Assembly (NCBI GenBank): GCA_002293505.1
Contig: DBDI01000030.1
Span: forward strand, 6,350 to 70,349
Length of the DNA stretch: 64,000 nt
Direction: 5' to 3'
From: Alistipes sp. UBA936
GTDB taxonomy: Bacteria; Bacteroidota; Bacteroidia; Bacteroidales; Rikenellaceae
The notes below the pieces were generated by a model. That model saw only the letters and a program-made list of their open reading frames with translations. It made no database searches and had not been told where the DNA came from. Positions 62,612 through 64,000 of the stretch are shown one piece after another. Made by a program: the position numbers and the translations under genes. Positions within the stretch are counted from its first letter, which is position 1. Each line of letters begins with the position of its first letter.

Positions 62612-64000
62612 TCACAGTATTTCGAGTTTTGCGAACTTGCTCAGCAGGGTCTTTCTGCCCGCTCCCGGGTCGTCGAACTCCACCACGACTTTCAGGTCTC
62701 CCGGGCCCGTTGCACCCGCTGCCGGTTCTACTTCGAGGATTGTTCCCGCTCCGAACTTCACGTGCGCCACTCTCACTCCTTCACCCAGTTCTCCGGCGGA
62801 GGCCGTGCGCGTAGCCGGGGTTGCCTGGCGTTTTGTTGCCGGTTCGACCTTTTTGAATCCCGCGGGCACCACCGGCCTCGTCGCTTCACTCGGCGGCGTC
62901 CGCCTCATCGTCGGCTTGGGCGCATATCCACTCGTAACCCCCGGCCCCGGAACTGCCGCCGGTTGTGGTCGCCTTTCTCCTCCCGCCTGGCCATCCAGAA
63001 ACTCTTCTGCTATCTCTCTCACGAACCGACTCGGCCTGCGAAAATCCATCGACCCGTGTACGAACCTCATATCGGCCAGCGAGACGAACGCCCTCTCCCT
63101 CGCCCTCGTCAGGGCCACATAGAACAGCCGCCGCTCCTCTTCTATTTCGCTCGTGTCGCCGTCCCTCACACTCGGAAACAGTTCCTCTTCCAGTCCCATC
63201 ACAAACACGTGCCCGAACTCCAGCCCCTTCGCCGAGTGGACTGTCATCAGCGACACCTTGTCCCTCTCCTCGCCCTTTTCCTCATCCGCATCGGTCATCA
63301 GGGCTACGTTTTGTAGCCACTCGTCAAGGGATAGTGGAGATTCGGGAGAGCCATCGTTCTGCGTAGCTAAATCTGCCGTGGCCGTTGCCACCATAGAATT
63401 CAGCAGCTCGTCTATATTTTCCAGCGCGGAGGTTGCTTCGGCACTTCCGTCCGCCCTGTAGTGCCCCACTATTCCCGAGCGTATTGCCACCTGCCGCCCG
63501 AACTCATACAAGCTCAGCTCCTCCCTCATCAGCGCCAGCCCCTGTATCAACTCCGCGAACGCACCGATCTTCTTGTCGTCGCTTTCCGCCGCCACTTCCC
63601 ACAGCGACAGGCCTTGCGCCCTTGCCGAGGAGGTCAGCCTCCCCAGGGTCACTTCACCTATTCCCCTCGTGGGGTAGTTGACGATTCGCCTGAACGCTTC
63701 GTCGTCCCGCGGATTCACAATCAACCGGAAATAGGCCAGCAGGTCTTTGATCTCCTTTCGGTCGAAGAACGAGTGGCCCCTGTAAATCTTATACGGTATA
63801 TCCCTCTTCCGCAGGCTCTCCTCGATCCCTCGCGACAGTGCATTGATCCTGTACAGCACCGCTATCTGACTCCACGGCACCCCTGCCCGTCCCAGCGACC
63901 GTATCTCTCCCGCCACTATCTCCGCCTCTTCCCTGTCTGTGTATCCCCTCAGTAGCTTTATGTTCTCGCCTCTCGCTCCCGCCGAGAAACACTCTTTCTT
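62612..64000 (-). CDS. UvrD/PcrA/Rep family ATP-dependent DNA helicase (C-terminal part; the gene continues beyond the window)
   Basis: Motifs TVHSAKGLEF and YVALTRAR, plus a C-terminal Tudor-like VAHVKFGAGTI. The frame stays open up to position 64000 (...ENIKLLRGYTDREEAEIVAGEI...). Confidence 0.85.
   Translation of the reverse strand, partial: KKECFSAGARGENIKLLRGYTDREEAEIVAGEIRSLGRAGVPWSQIAVLYRINALSRGIEESLRKRDIPYKIYRGHSFFDRKEIKDLLAYFRLIVNPRDDEAFRRIVNYPTRGIGEVTLGRLTSSARAQGLSLWEVAAESDDKKIGAFAELIQGLALMREELSLYEFGRQVAIRSGIVGHYRADGSAEATSALENIDELLNSMVATATADLATQNDGSPESPLSLDEWLQNVALMTDADEEKGEERDKVSLMTVHSAKGLEFGHVFVMGLEEELFPSVRDGDTSEIEEERRLFYVALTRARERAFVSLADMRFVHGSMDFRRPSRFVREIAEEFLDGQAGGERRPQPAAVPGPGVTSGYAPKPTMRRTPPSEATRPVVPAGFKKVEPATKRQATPATRTASAGELGEGVRVAHVKFGAGTILEVEPAAGATGPGDLKVVVEFDDPGAGRKTLLSKFAKLEIL

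Noticed and set aside
1-64000. CRISPR arrays, rRNA operons, prophage blocks
   Set aside because: There are no regularly spaced direct repeats, no rRNA-like sequence, and no phage structural, terminase or integrase genes anywhere in the window.

Overview
This 64-kb window reads as a chromosomal segment of a high-GC Bacteroidota genome, possibly Rikenellaceae/Alistipes-like. That assignment is an inference from recurrent TAnnTTTG -7 promoter boxes, absent Shine-Dalgarno sites, many lipoproteins, and BACON, TonB and S41 families. About 60 densely packed genes are mostly housekeeping. They include crcB, a GH20 hexosaminidase, a TolC/MacAB-type efflux operon, an aminotransferase, manA, kdsC, tatD, dprA, birA, prolyl oligopeptidase, aspartate kinase, a ClC channel, trpS, an MsbA-like ABC exporter, PFK, cls, deoC, upp, hflX, tonB, rlmN, lspA, fprA, cysE, a two-component system, rplS, surE, nrnA, nth and a partial uvrD-like helicase. 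There are three tRNAs: Leu-CAG, Pro-CGG and Leu-GAG. I saw no rRNA, CRISPR array, transposase or integrase. Two short, sharply AT-rich insertions stand out against the roughly 58-65% GC background. The first, at the window centre (31222-32166), is a single TIR-domain gene with an unrecognisable C-terminal domain, wedged between trpS and the ClC channel. The second (about 54.86-56.90 kb) is a two-gene cassette between rplS and surE: an ABC/AAA_15-21-type ATPase plus a small PD-(D/E)xK-like protein. Both are candidate undescribed anti-phage or abortive-infection modules. Secondary observations:
- an orphan DUF4435/Toprim gene next to an XRE regulator
- a structured RNA candidate upstream of dprA
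- an outer-membrane barrel with tandem OB-fold-like lipoproteins
- a YihY-DUF2520 fusion
- a catalytically dead S41 paralogue
- an in-frame 21-nt tandem repeat in crcB
- a repeated leaderless-type promoter geometry

Many long antisense ORFs in the track are GC-driven shadow ORFs and were rejected. All family assignments come from reading motifs by eye, with no database search.
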